Assembly (NCBI RefSeq): GCF_031769215.1
Contig: NW_026782087.1
Coordinates: 806,001-870,000 of the forward strand
Source of the DNA: Ylistrum balloti
Lineage: Eukaryota
DNA length: 64,000 nucleotides
Direction of reading: 5' to 3'
The notes beneath the pieces are model-generated. The model ran no database searches. It saw only the letters and a list, made by a program, of their open reading frames with translations, and had not been told where the DNA came from. Made by a program: the position numbers and the translations under genes. Below are positions 51,301 through 64,000 of this stretch, in pieces (position 1 is the stretch's first letter; each line of letters begins with the position of its first letter).

Positions 51301-54300
51301 CTTTCGGCAGCTTAACAAAGGAGAAATTACCATTTAACGATTTTTACATAATTGACTCCTGTGACCTTGAAAGTGGGTCAAGGTCATTTATATTAACAAA
51401 CCTGATAGATAATTGATCAGACATCTTACACATGAAATATCAAGACTCTAGGCTTTGCAAAACTTGAGAAGAAGTTTGTCAAAGTTTGTAACCCGAAATT
51501 GCAGTTTTCAACTTTGACCCCTACCAGAAACCGGAAGTTCACCATTTATCTAAATTTTTTTTTCTGACGAAATATGTTTGCAGGGTTATGTTTATGAACT
51601 GCTTTAAGCTTAAGTCAATAGCTTGGGCCGTTATTGAGTTACAGCCAATTAGGTAAAATCGGATATGACGTCATGGCGGCCATTTTGTTTTTCTGATGAT
51701 TTTGTAAATGACACTAAATGGTAGAGGACATCGGGGGAAACCTTTCTGATATAAATTATTCCAAAAAAAGCCCGTTGGTAAAGATCTAGATCGAGTTTTT
51801 CCAAATTGTCGGCATTTTTAAAAGATCAAAGGAAATTTTCAAAATGGCATACAACGGAAGTGATAAACGTTACAGAAAAACTAAAATCACTAAATTCATC
51901 GGAAGGACATTCTGCATCGATGTGTTAAAGAAATTTTCAAGAAAAATCAAAATTGAAAAAAAAAATTTGTTTTCAAATTTTCAAATTGGGGTATTGACAT
52001 ATTTTGTATTATAATGGCATGGGGAAAAGTTAGATAAGGAAATTGTCTACAAATAACATAATTTGACGAACTCTGTACACTCAACGGTTTTCGAGTTACG
52101 GCCGTTTTAAAGTTTTTAACTTATGACGTCATAGCGGCCATATTGGATTTTTGACCTACTTAAAAAAATCTGCATCGTCACCTTCCAGTATGTACCTATA
52201 ACATAGTCAATACATATTAGGTGTGGTCTTTACCGTTTAAAAGATTACGAACCCACAAAGTTCGCAAGAAAAATAATAATAATAATAATAATAATAATGA
52301 TAAGAAACATAACAAAAACAATAGGGCTTTTCACCATTTCACCAAATGGTGAAAAGCCCTAAAAATGCTCAGTTTTCCCTTCCCTTGTCACTATAATACA
52401 TATATATGGCCCATGGGAGATAATTCATCAGTATGGTGTTTACTACCCTGATATGTATATTTACAGGTTAAAATCATGGAGAACCCAAGATGTAGTTATT
52501 CCATAGAAATACATGTATCAGTACCTAATGAAGTATGACTTCCTCTTGTTATGGCCTTATCACATTAATTATCCTCAAGAACAATTATTGCATTGATAAT
52601 TCTAGAAAACTCTCCATCAAATGGCAGGACTTTCCCCATGTTACAGCCTAAGCCAACTGATAATTCTACAGAATACTCCATCAAATGGCAGGACTTTCCC
52701 CATGTTACAGCCTAAGCCAACTGATAATTCTACAGAATACTCCATCAAATGGCATGACTTTCCCCATGTTACAGCCTAAGCCAACTGATAATTCTAGAAA
52801 ACACTCTATCAAAATTGTTACAGCCTAAGCCAACTGATAATTCTACAGAATACTCCATCAAATGGCAGGACTTTCCCCATGTTACAGCCTAAGCCAACTG
52901 ATAATTCTACAGAATACTCCATCAAATGGCATGACTTTCCCCATGTTACAGCCTAAGCCAACTGATAATTCTAGAAAACACTCTATCAAATGGCAGGACT
53001 TTCCCCATGTTACAGCCTAAGCCAACTGATAATTCTACAGAATACTCCATCAAATGGCAGGACTTTCCCCATGTTACAGCCTAAGCCAACTGATAATTCT
53101 ACAGAATACTCCATCAAATGGCAGGACTTTCCCCATGTTACAGCCTAAGCCAACTGATAATTCTACAGAATACTCCATCAAATGGCATGACTTTCCCCAT
53201 GTTACAGCCTAAGCCAACTGATAATTCTAGAAAACACTCTATCAAATGTTGTGAGTTTACCCTGTTATGACTTTGTTGCATGTTGATACTTACTTTGAGA
53301 AAATTTTCAAATAGATGTTTTAAATCCACTTGTTGTCCTGATTTCAATTCTGCTACAACATTGTGAAGGTGTTCCATTAGCACAAGTATGGCTTGTTGAG
53401 AATCAAAAAACGATTTCTCCTTCTGATCACGAAACACATCAAAATCCTTCAATGTTTTGCTGGAAATAAATATTTCAAAATGTAATTTCAATGTAACGGT
53501 AGATGTAATATATCACTATATTGTTAGTGTTGGTGTTTTATTGATAAATCTTGTTAACGCACACATGGCAAATTGACAAATATAAATACATTATCATTAA
53601 ATTGCCACCTCAATGTCTTAAATCCAGTGCTCTACTGAAACAAGTGGTCAGAAGTCTTTACTGCAAATACAGAAATTTAATCAATTTGCTTTTTTCCACT
53701 GCATGTTCACATGTCTAAAGTAGACAATCATCTTAAAATGTTTACCATAGCTCTGCTGCCTCTTGAACTCTGCGATACATATAGCATTCTACATACAGCC
53801 ATGGTGACTCAAACCATCTTGGAGGGGTTCCTGTGTTTGTAATAATTTCCGTCAGGTAATCATTCCATACTGATACATCAGTGCGGCCATCTTGGATCGG
53901 AACTACAGGTTTGTCAGTTTGAACTTCATTCCGTAGCTTTGCAATATAGCCAGCAAGTGATTTCAAATCTTCTGTCCCTTCCTGTATCAGAAAATTAATT
54001 CCGCATGTTTTTGATCTTAAATTAGATTTAATGAGAGTCAGGAAAAAACTCAACATTTTTACAAAATCACCAGAAATACACTGACCACTTATGAATATAT
54101 TTTTGGCAAAACAAACTATTTTAAAATGTTTAAGATTGAAATTAAAAAATAACTTTCACATTTAAATTTCAATAATGCAGTGTCTCGAAGTGTATATCCT
54201 AAAATTAACTAAATATCAAAAATCTTTTTCTATAGTCCAGCTTTACTGTTCAGACCGATAAAAATTGTATAAGGTCTTTATCTAACCAGTAAAATCTAAA

Positions 54301-55424
54301 CTAGAAGGCTAAATAAATCACTTATTTGGCATACAAACAGACTTACTTCTTTACTAAATATTGGCTAGCACTTTCAATAACTTATTACACTTACACTTAG
54401 TCCTCATAGATTTTTGGGGTTTTTTTTAAAGAAAATATGAAGTTTCTTCTTTTCAAATATCCTCCAATTATCATTAATGTGTACTACAATTGTTGAAGTA
54501 AATAAAACAAGTCATTACAAAAGATATGTATATACAGTAATTACTTTAAAGGTCGTATGCAATTTAAAAACAAATCATCATCATAAGTAATTGGTTCATC
54601 CTGCTTAATGTTCTTGTGTTCTGTGACATGGCACTTCGTATGCTTACCAGAACGTATTTGTATTTCAGTTTTCAATGTCACTGCAAAAAAGTATATGAGA
54701 GATACATTGGACTTATATAATGGTGAATTTAAATTTCTATGACGTACCTCACCATGTGACTCTTTAATTTTTCCCTTTAACCTGTAAACACTGTCTGCAA
54801 TCTTGGACAAGATCACAGGAAGCCTGTCCTTTATGGTTAGGTATGCAAAAGAACTGAAATAAGATTTAATAAACAGGTGTAAACAAGATGTACACGTATG
54901 TGATCATTTTCTCACTTAGCAAATATTTCATTATTATTATTTCATAATTGCGCAAGTTGGGTGGGCTTATTTCAGAGCATGGGCTTGAGACCGCTAAAAA
55001 TACAGTGGCCAACCGTTCGTTATATTTTATGACCCATCTCAGCAGATATCATTTATACTCAGGAAGATCAGAGACCTCTAGATATCATTTATACTCAGGG
55101 AGATCAGAGACCTCTAGATATCATTTATACTCAGGAAGATCAGAGACCTCTAGATCTTCGTAGCATTATGTTGATCGTAATACATATATGTAAGCTAATA
55201 CACGTGAATCATCAATGATAAGATCCTGTTTGATGACTTTGTAGATTTTTTACATAAAATTTCATCATATTGTATAAAAGTCCGTGGTAACTACCCATTC
55301 AAACAATTAAAAATATGTAAAATATCATATAAATTCAAGTACAAGTTTACATGTTAGTTTATGTATTGGTAACAAACGTTTTATCTTTCGCTGAAAGGGG
55401 AGACGCCTCCGTAATCCTGTTCAT
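48391..55424 (-). CDS. ARMT1: Damage-control phosphatase ARMT1 (DUF89 family), about 439 aa
   Basis: Exons 55424-55378, 54853-54748, 53981-53746, 53459-53294, 49155-48391 (1320 nt). Motifs SFAYLTIKDRLP, WLYVECYMYRR, SLWGNKCDLS, ILDNAGFEL, PWFVSD, KGDLNYRKL, RTLK. Confidence 0.95.
49269..49519 (+). mobile_element. HINE/Pearl-like non-autonomous Helentron-type element
   Basis: Subterminal inverted repeats atacgcctgt (from 49274) and acgggcgtat (49483-49492), (GTCC)n microsatellite, 3' hairpin ccgctttgcgg (49499-49509), and T-rich flanks. Confidence 0.75.
50197..52362 (-). mobile_element. About 2.2-kb non-autonomous Helentron-type element with an internal array of about 314 bp
   Basis: One end is a perfect 17-bp stem (52323-52339 / 52344-52360) next to (AAT)n. 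The other end has a matching gggcttttcac (about 50222), the palindrome aaattgttaacaattt and a terminal aactag. An internal motif recurs at 50418, 50733, 51047 and 51360. Confidence 0.7.
52595..53246. repeat. 64-bp tandem repeat, about 10 copies, in ARMT1 intron 4
   Basis: Unit ccatcaaatggcaggactttccccatgttacagcctaagccaactgataattctacagaatact. Confidence 0.95.
55042..55152. repeat. 36-bp tandem repeat, 3 copies, in ARMT1 intron 1
   Basis: agatatcatttatactcaggaagatcagagacctct repeated. Confidence 0.9.
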
Positions 55425-55602
55425 CGCTTTGGTTGTTTCTTTCGTCTAGCTCTCTTCGATGTACTGGTGACGCTTATATAATTCCTGTTTAATTACCCAT
55501 ATGAACTAAACGTTTGTTCCGTTAGGATCACGCACGCCGGCTACTTCCTGTTTGAAAATCACGATGTAAACAAAACGTGCAGACGTCTGTAAATGCCCTA
55601 AA
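55425..55602. promoter_or_regulatory. Bidirectional promoter and 5' UTRs, ARMT1/NAA80
   Basis: Divergent ATGs 178 bp apart; CpG-rich patch with an ETS-like acttcctg and a forkhead-like gtaaaca. Confidence 0.75.
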
Positions 55603-58600
55603 ATGGAATTAACGACAAGGGCGTTGCATGATTATCCACAATATTTGGAGGAATGTGCAGATATTCTAAATGAAGAGTGGCCACGAAGTAAAGCGGCGAG
55701 GTATCGTATTTAAGGTGGTATTTAACCGCCCTCACCATGAACAGTAGAAAAAATTTAGCCCAGTCAGACTGATGATATGAAATGATACACATTTTCAAAC
55801 AGTTCATTCTACAGAACCATGAGGTATACAAACATGATGTTTGAGTAGGGGAGTATCAGTCTTTTTCATTATGATATTGACCTATTTTCAAGACACCTTG
55901 TCAAATTTTGATATTAAAGACTAATAGTTAAAGAATGAAGGACTGTTAGGCTTCTGTTTTATTTTCGATAACTTTAAACATATATATAATATGCATGTAT
56001 AATGATTTGACAATTTACATGCCCATACTGTTGTTATTAGTTCATTGATCATATAATATACATTTTTAGTGTTTTAAAATATAAGCTGTATGTTGGAGAA
56101 GGCGAAGGATACTGCAAGTGACAAGCCATTTTGTCTTTCTGTCCAAAGACTTAAATTGCAAGTCATTGACCATGTGTTGTATTTATGCTGCAACACTGAC
56201 GCTGTGCTGAATTGCTTTGAGTGGAAATATAGTTCCACACTTCAATGGATGTATAGAAAGCAACTTTTTGAATTTTATGGACATATTGCATCAAAATCAT
56301 AATGTCGTTACCATGTCAATAAAAGTACCTCCTGAATATGGCTGCTTGGCCTGAAAATTTAAGCAAACTACCATGTTGATTTCCATCTTTTTCAATATAC
56401 ATATTTAGATATATGGTTAGTGAACATACATTTGTTTTCAGACTGCACAGTCTGCAGAAGTCAAATGAGAAATTCCCAATTTGCCTAGTACTGGTCAGCA
56501 AAGAGGATGGAAAAGAGCAACTCTTGGGTCACAGCAAACTATCCATTGTATATGGAAAGGAGAACTGTTGTCTTATAGAATCGGGTAAGAATAGCATTGA
56601 TAAATGGAATTTTCTGAGTTTAATCTTTTTCTTTAATCCAAGAACATTGTATCAATCATTCATCTTTGATAATCCAGGGGTTACAGTAACTTTCACTCCT
56701 GCATCCCTGGAACATGTCATTGCAAAATTGAAGGTTTCATATGGACATATTGTGGACAAGACGAAAATACTAATTTAATCCTTTTATGTACATCAAAGGA
56801 ATCTGAAGGTTGCATAACGGTATATTGTAATGGCTTTGAAGTTGGGTGTTGTTCCTTTTTTGTAATCTTCAAAAGGGGTGTATTAGCTTGTGTTTGGTCA
56901 GTTTTTTCTTCCTGGAACCAATCATATTTATTCGCTTGTGCCTTCAGTTTTACCATGACATGTTCCCATGGTGCAGAAAGCGAAAGTGATCATAACTCCT
57001 GGAATATCGAGGATGTACGTCATTATGCCCTTCATTGTGTGTTCATTAGACAATATCAAGCTCCTGGCTCTTCAGCAACAAAAAAAGATGCCTTATATAC
57101 TTATATATTGTTCATAGAGTGATTTACATATGTTCAATCTTACCTGGTTCAATATCATAGTAAAAAGTTTTTACACCCCTGCTAAAAAAGGGAAGTTATG
57201 CATTAATCACTTTGAGCATGAGTTTATGCATGAATTCCTCTGTATGTCCGTGAGTTCAGGGCCCGTATTCATGAAATCGTTCTCATGCTTCAGCAGAGAA
57301 TGGTGTCAGGAATACGGATGTGATAAATTTGAGTACCAGATATAAGCCTGAAAAGACCTTGTTCTCACCATAACATCAAACCAACAAGGTCTTCACCTGA
57401 TTAGATTTTGGTAAAAGTTGTCAAGGTTGAAGATCAGTGGCTATTTTATATAAGTTCTCCTGATTGTACACATTTAATTTTTACAACATCATCAGTAAGT
57501 TAGGGAGAGTTCTCAAATTTCATGTAGATTTCATTTGCTTCTAAGTTTTGAACACCAGATGGCAATCTTTGATTTTAATAGTTCACATTAATAATCCACT
57601 TTTTCTCGGATCCAGTCCCATCTTTCTCATTTAACTTAACGGATATGTGCTTAAGTTTCATGATTAAATTGAGTGACAGTTTGAATGTGTTTTGGCACTT
57701 ACACAAAAAAGTGCTTGAAGAATCTTTTTTCGGTATCACACCGGTATATTTCTCTCAATCTTTAGTTGGGAGTCTACACGACAATCAGCATGTATAATTT
57801 TAGGATTTCACGAAGACAGATACTCATAGCTATTGATAGAAATGTAGAAAATATATGGTTTTACAGTAGATGTTTTAGTTATAAAATATGTATACATGTC
57901 TAAAATTAGAGTTAAAACCAGGATGATCAGAAATGGTGAGCAGTTATTATATATTTAAAGCATTTTTCCTGTTTTTTTTAAGTTTGTGTGAGAAAGAATC
58001 TTAGAGGAAAAGGATATGGGAGAGCAATGATGGAAGAATCAGAAAAGTATGCCAAAGGGTTTGTATTTTCACATTTATTGCAGCTTTTAATTTTTCAAAT
58101 ATTTGTGAGCTCTTCATTTTCTTATTGATGTTATATAAAATTGTAGATTTTTCTTCAGTTATGAAAATCACCATCATGCTTTAGCACTAGATTTTGTAAT
58201 GGACAAGTCTTTATATATATATAACTAAAAAATGTTAGAACATTCCACAGCATCAGATTAATCAAATCAGTGTGCTTGGAAATACATCATGATGAAATTA
58301 ATTAAAAACATTCATCTGAAAATCAAGTTCATCCGTGACATTGTAGAAAATGTCTTGTGAAAGAGTTGTATGTCCTTGTCTTAAATATTAAATCATATGG
58401 TACAGCTGCTGATCATGTGATGTTTTTGTTTACAGTCGCGGCTACTGCACCATGTACTTGACCACTCATGATAAACAGAACTTCTATAAACATTTGAACT
58501 ACACCTTTTGTGATCCAGTCATCAGTTTTGGTGCTGATCCTAAACTTATACCAGACCATCTAGTAAGACTCAAACTTTTTCTTTCATGTCTTATTTCTAT

Positions 58601-59155
58601 TAAATATTTCTCAAATCGTAAAAGAAAAGTGGTCGTAGACATAAGGAAATAAAGCTAAATGGTTCACAAAATTACAGTTAAAGGGGAATACTTGAATCAG
58701 GTTACCGCCAGACAACAAGAGTAAAATCCCTTATTCATAATGTATCATAAAATTTGGTAAACATGATCATTGGTTATTGATTTATTTATTTTTTTATGTT
58801 TTTCTTCAGAGTTATGTCCCTTCTATAACATCTACTGTTTCTTATTTTCCAGTTAAAACAGCTGACAGCTGCAACCTTGAGACCTCAAGAGAAGGATCAA
58901 GAAACGACAGATAAACAGAATAATGCATCAACAGATGAACATAGGACAAACATACCATCCCCACCTGCTGCCCAACCACCCCCACCACCCCCACCACCTC
59001 CCACGGCCCCACAACCTCCACCTCCCACTGCCCCTCCACCTCCTCCTCCACCTCCACCTCCCACTGCAGGGAACAATAAACCTGTTTTGGGTCGACCAGA
59101 GGTCGTGAAATGGGACCCTAGACAAATATCCTGGATGAAGAAGGATATAAGTTGA
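55603..59155 (+). CDS. NAA80: Actin N-terminal acetyltransferase NAA80 (NAT6), about 248 aa
   Basis: Exons 55603-55700, 56442-56584, 57983-58058, 58436-58562, 58853-59155 (747 nt). CADILNEEWPRS, acetyl-CoA motif RGKGYG, YLTTHDKQNFY, a polyproline loop, and C-terminus WMKKDI. Confidence 0.93.
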
Positions 59156-60081
59156 TATGCTTTTAGGTGCTGTGAATACTCCTAATTTCTGACACATACG
59201 ACATGTGTTATACCTTTGAATGTGCAATACCAATATTTTGATAATCATCACCACATTCTATATTACATACATGTATGTGTTTATGAAATTAACATCTGGT
59301 CTATACTGATTGGTGTGATTAATGGAATATTTCATCCCCTTCGGGAAGAGATATAGGGGAGAGGCTTGCAGAGAGATTGCCAGCTTAGGATTCAATTCCG
59401 GATGATTGAGAACTCACCAAAGCTTACCCTCAAGATGATGAATTACTATTTTTCTTTTACTGTTTTGGATTTCTGTACATGTGATGTTGATACAAGGAGA
59501 AGCATGGATACACCTGTAAAAGAAAATGCTATGTACATCCGATAAAAAAATAATGTTACACTGAAGTTTTCCTGACACAGTTTACCTACAGGAACTTTTC
59601 CACATATGGTATATAAGATGGGCATGTTTGTGTAAGTTGCAAGTTTAACATTTCATTTGAGTGATGATCCCATTTATTCTCCAGATCTATTTTATTACAT
59701 CAGTTTTGAATACACAAGATGCACAATACCGCCCAGATTTGTCTTGATTACACTTGTCATTATGTCAATGAAAATTCAGCATGCCGACCGTCAGTTCTTA
59801 ATAAACTGTGAGGGAATTCATTCCCAATTTAACAAAGTTTTCAGTCTTGATCGTTGGTTTGTTGAATGGATGTGAAATCTGGGTCGACTGAAAAATCAAA
59901 AGGTTGATGTCCAATGATGTGCTTTGTGAACCTGCCAGCTTACTGATATTTAATCTCACTTAGGGTTTAATTCTGTAAATCATCTCTGTGCGAATCGTCA
60001 ATTCATCTCACAGGATGGAAGTATGACAGACCAAGGGTCTAGTATGCATATTATGTTTAAAACACAAGCTATGGGTTCAGG

Positions 60082-60818
60082 TTTTTAGCCAGTCATCATC
60101 TGATAGTGAGCTATTCAAATCGCCCCATGTCCATTGTCTGTGCGTAAAACCATTTTTCCTATTGTTAATTGTTTAGAAAAAGAAGATGAATCTTTCTCCA
60201 ATTCCATGTGTAGGTGCCTCTTGGTCAGTAGTTATGCTTTTGAACTTGGCACTGAGCAGAATAACAAGTTGTTGACAAGCAGCTACCTTGGATTTTGACA
60301 ATAAAGGATTGTTATCTCTATTTCTGGAGAAGTACTTGATGGATTTCGCTTAAATTTTGCCTGCAGATTTCTCTTGGTCCCTAGTTGTACTTGTGCGATT
60401 TTAGGATTGATCAGAAAAACAAAATGGCCACAAAGTCATCTTTGATTCTGATTATGCAGTTCATCAGTATTTCTAGAGAGGTACTGAATGGATCTTTCTC
60501 AATTGAATGTTACTCTTGGTCCCTCATTGTGCCAATTTGATTTTTAGACTGATCACAAAAAACATATGGCAGACTGGTGGCCATTTTGATTTGACAAAAG
60601 TTTGTTATCACAGTTTTTAAGAGAAATAGTTGAAGGATCTTTCTCAAATTTCATACGTATGTTCCTCTGTCCTTTGTTGTGCTAATTTGATATGTGGGCT
60701 GATCACAAAAAAAACAAATGGCAGGCTGGTGGCCATCTTGGAATATGATAACAAAAGTTTGCTATCTAATGAAGATCTAAGGATGGTGGGCACTAAGATC
60801 TCTCTGTGATCTTTTGTT
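60082..60818 (+). mobile_element. Degenerate HINE-like repeat
   Basis: Begins ttttagcc...gtgagcta..., contains recurring aaaatggc...ggccat(c/t)ttg motifs and ends with ...cttttgtt, like other bivalve non-autonomous elements. Boundaries are approximate. Confidence 0.4.
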
Positions 60819-62249
60819 GTCATTTCTCTACATGTATGCTTGTAAATAGTGCGATAAATGTATACTGGAGTATGTCCAAAGGGTTTAAACTATCGGGGTA
60901 TGTAACAGGGTTGTAACTTACAGGATATGTAACTAGTTAAAAACAAACCTTCAAAGATGTCAACATTTCTGGATGAAGATCTATGAGACTCATATAAGAC
61001 TATCTGTATGCCATATTTTACTGGCTTTAATATTCTACCAAATGTTGAATGCAATGTTCAATAAAGTCAGAAGGCAAACCGAGATTCAGTTTTATTTCAT
61101 AACACCAGTAAAATTTCAGAAAACAAATATGTAAATATAGGTAAGTGTAAATATAATTCATGTGTGAAGGAAGACATTCAATTCATCATGTTGATCAATT
61201 TGTGATAGCCTGATCATCTGACACAACAAAAGATCAAACTGGAATCTTATTATTCATCTTTATACTTATAAATATGTGGTTTGTTTAAAAGCATAAATCT
61301 CCTCTCTAACATTTTGTACAGTCAAACCTACTTGTATGTTATATACTGTTGACTCTTAGTCTTAGCTCTTTGTCTTCATCATACCCTGCCATTACTTGGA
61401 GTGATATGGTTAAAACAGACAAGATTTTTCAAATTGTGTTTTCTGCAACATATGCGTCATGTCTCAACACATTTCATTTATCACTTATCGGTATTCAGTG
61501 ACAACCTCTCCCATCCCCCTCCCCTCCCCCTCTAAATTAATTTGCCTTTCAGTAAGCACACAATTAATCTGATTATTTTTTCTTGCACTGTTACTCTCTG
61601 CAAACATAGGATCTGATAACATCCAATAAGGGGTCATGTTTTGGTGACTTTTTGCATTAGCCAATCAAATTAACACTTACAGAATCTTGGAACTAATGAA
61701 AGTAGTCGAAATAGCTTGATTAACCCTATTTCTGCATTTAGAATTTCATCAAATCAAGTTTTATATACATATTGTGGCAAAATTTCTGCATTTAGAATTT
61801 CATCACATCAAGTTTGTATACATATTGTGGCAAAATGCCAAGTGATATATCAAATTTACAATAAAGACAATTTGTCATACCTCTGAAACAAATATCGTGG
61901 AAACGTCACCAGAACATGACCTAATGTGGGATGTTGTCAGATCCTTCATTTAGCAGACAGGGAATAAGAATGTACATTTTTATTAGATCAGCACACAATT
62001 CACTTTTTTGTCAAAAATGGTATGTTACTTATATACTGAGAAGAGGTATGTTACTTGTATACTGAATCAGAAGAGGAAGTCTTAAGATTGAAGATTCTGT
62101 TTCTCTAAAAGCACCATGTAATTATACTCGTGCACATCTAGGATATATACCAATAATCACATACTTTAACCATGTATGCCATAATTTATGTGAATTTACC
62201 AATTTTCTGCAAAAAGAAAAAAAAATAGTAAGCAAAGGTGCCATGACAC

Positions 62250-63450
62250 TTAAGGTATATGGCTATCTAGATTCTTTTGTTGAAGTTTGATCTCCTTCTC
62301 CAGTTCATACAAATGGGGATCCTCCCTGCCTGGTGCTATACACCTCATAGCTTGAGCAAGATTCAATACATAGTCAACATTTTTCCCACTAGGACCAACA
62401 GACACAAGCACTTGTTTGGCAATCTCATCAATAGGAGCTGGTCCCAAGTAATTATCATTTTCCTCTGTGGCAAGGTATAGTTCAAGATCAATCGGTAATT
62501 CTTTAGTATTTTCAGGATGAAATTTAACTGAGGTAAGACTGTATCCTCCTTTCTCTCTGAAGTTTAAATGCTCTCTGACCTTGGTCTCATCCTCCTCAGC
62601 AATTTCATATGCCACACCCCATACTTTTTCCTTCAATGAAAAAATATATGTATAAATATACAGATGTATATACAAGTTTTACATCCAGGCAAACATTTTT
62701 TTGGAAATATCTGATATTTTTCAAGAAAGCTTGAATGTCAAAATTGTCAAAATTTAGTCTGAAGCATCCTTAAAGGAATGGAGCAAAATGTGATAGAAAT
62801 GGATTGTTTTCACCTCGTAGAGCCTAACAGGTGACATGGAGGAAAATCTTGCTAATATTTTAGATAAAGAAACTGACCAAATTTGTTTTTTGAATGAAAG
62901 GATTCCAATATTGCAGAGTAGGGCCCAATAGTGAAAGGTTAATCATTAAAACCTCCTTTTACACATAAAAGACTTTGCCCAAATTTTTTGAGGGCAAAGA
63001 AGGTTCAATGTTGTGTGAACTGAGGGTTTAGCTAACTGGTTGGTCAGAGAAAATAATTTTTTTTATCAAACTTGATCTGGAGAATCATTGGTGAAGGCAG
63101 CTCAATATTGTATTCATAAACAGAGGATCAAGTTTCTAGGGGGTCATGTGGAGCTTTGTAGGGGAAATAAACCAAAATATCAAGTCCTTTTAATTTGACG
63201 AAGTGAATTTTAACTTTAGTCTGCAAGGTAAATCAAAGCAAACACTATAATTCTGTTTGGATAAGAGAGGATTTAGACTCATGCATCAAATGAGTAGGAC
63301 CTTATTGGAAAAATATAAATTACTTTCAACTTTCAGTCTAGGCCTGAAATTATATTTGCAAACACATAGACATTTCCATGTCTGATCCTGTTTTGTTGAA
63401 GATACCTTAGACTCTTCTGAAGCCTTCACCAGTGTCACCACTCTACCAGG
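62250..63450 (-). CDS. CHAC2: ChaC glutathione-specific gamma-glutamylcyclotransferase, CHAC2-like (partial; first exon beyond the window)
   Basis: Exons 63450-63406 (PGRVVTLVKASEESK) and 62630-62250 (EKVWGVAY...LNFREKGGY...YLGPAP...GPSGKNVDYVLNLA...DPHLYELE). The catalytic REKGGY motif is present. Confidence 0.88.
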
Positions 63451-64000
63451 CTGAAACAGATCAGATCAATGATTTTTAAATAACAGTGAATGCATCGTAC
63501 AATTGATATTTTCAACATCTTTGGAACCAAGTGTCACAATTATTCTAAATTTGCTACAAAAATTCCAAAACATTGATGACTGTGCAGGACCTTTTTCCAT
63601 TTTCAGTTGGCCCATTTGGCTTGGTGAACTTAGATCATTTAAGTAACTGATATATCAAAAACGGGACCACAAGGTCAATGTTGGATGTGAATGGATCTTC
63701 TACAAGATTTAAGCAAAGTTCGGTTGAAAGCTCTGAAGTTGGTACAGCAGATAAAATATGCTATAATATTTCATAAATTGGCAAGGTTTAGTCTTCCAAA
63801 AATAACTTCTAAAACAAAGTATACAGTACATATATTCCGTTCTAAGAACAACATGACAGATGCTATATAAAGATATCTGTGGGAAATACAAACATACAGA
63901 TCTAAATGAAGAAAGAATCATCAGAGGCCAACTACATTTGTGTGATAGCTTCCCTCCAAAAACAAGCGTTATTTTGTGGCATATCATGCAAAACGTTTGG

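Noticed and set aside
57261-57825. Possible Harbinger-like MITE starting cagggcccgtattcatgaaa
   Set aside because: The right end matches only poorly and no TSD could be defined.
58842-59254. Overlapping Val/Glu-, His- and Trp/Arg-rich ORFs
   Set aside because: They are alternative frames and the antisense of the NAA80 polyproline exon.

Overview
AT-rich, intron-containing animal genomic DNA; the repeat families suggest a mollusc (probably a bivalve), which is an inference. Exon chains were built by hand from GT-AG sites and reading phase. They give five complete conserved genes: an SLC25A45-like mitochondrial carrier (+), POLR3F (-), KAT5/Tip60 (+), ARMT1 (-) and NAA80 (+). The 3' part of a CHAC2-like gene (-) is also present. 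POLR3F/KAT5 and ARMT1/NAA80 are tight head-to-head pairs. The most novel item is a three-exon, about 445-aa gene (42651-45586, +) that I cannot name. It has a CxxC-x21-CxxC N-terminus, a Ser/Arg-rich middle, and a C-terminal domain that by eye resembles the PLK4 cryptic polo box PB1. The ORF track hides it because a GTGAGT donor overlaps the apparent stop codon. Accessory DNA includes three copies of a MITE with 5-bp TSDs, a 5'-truncated L1/Tx1-type insertion with a 15-bp TSD, a decayed Penelope-like GIY-YIG fragment next to a broken C2H2 zinc-finger ORF, Helentron-type non-autonomous elements, and about ten minisatellites. One minisatellite is made of copies of a real intron/exon junction. 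No database searches were run; all names come from recognition of sequence motifs.
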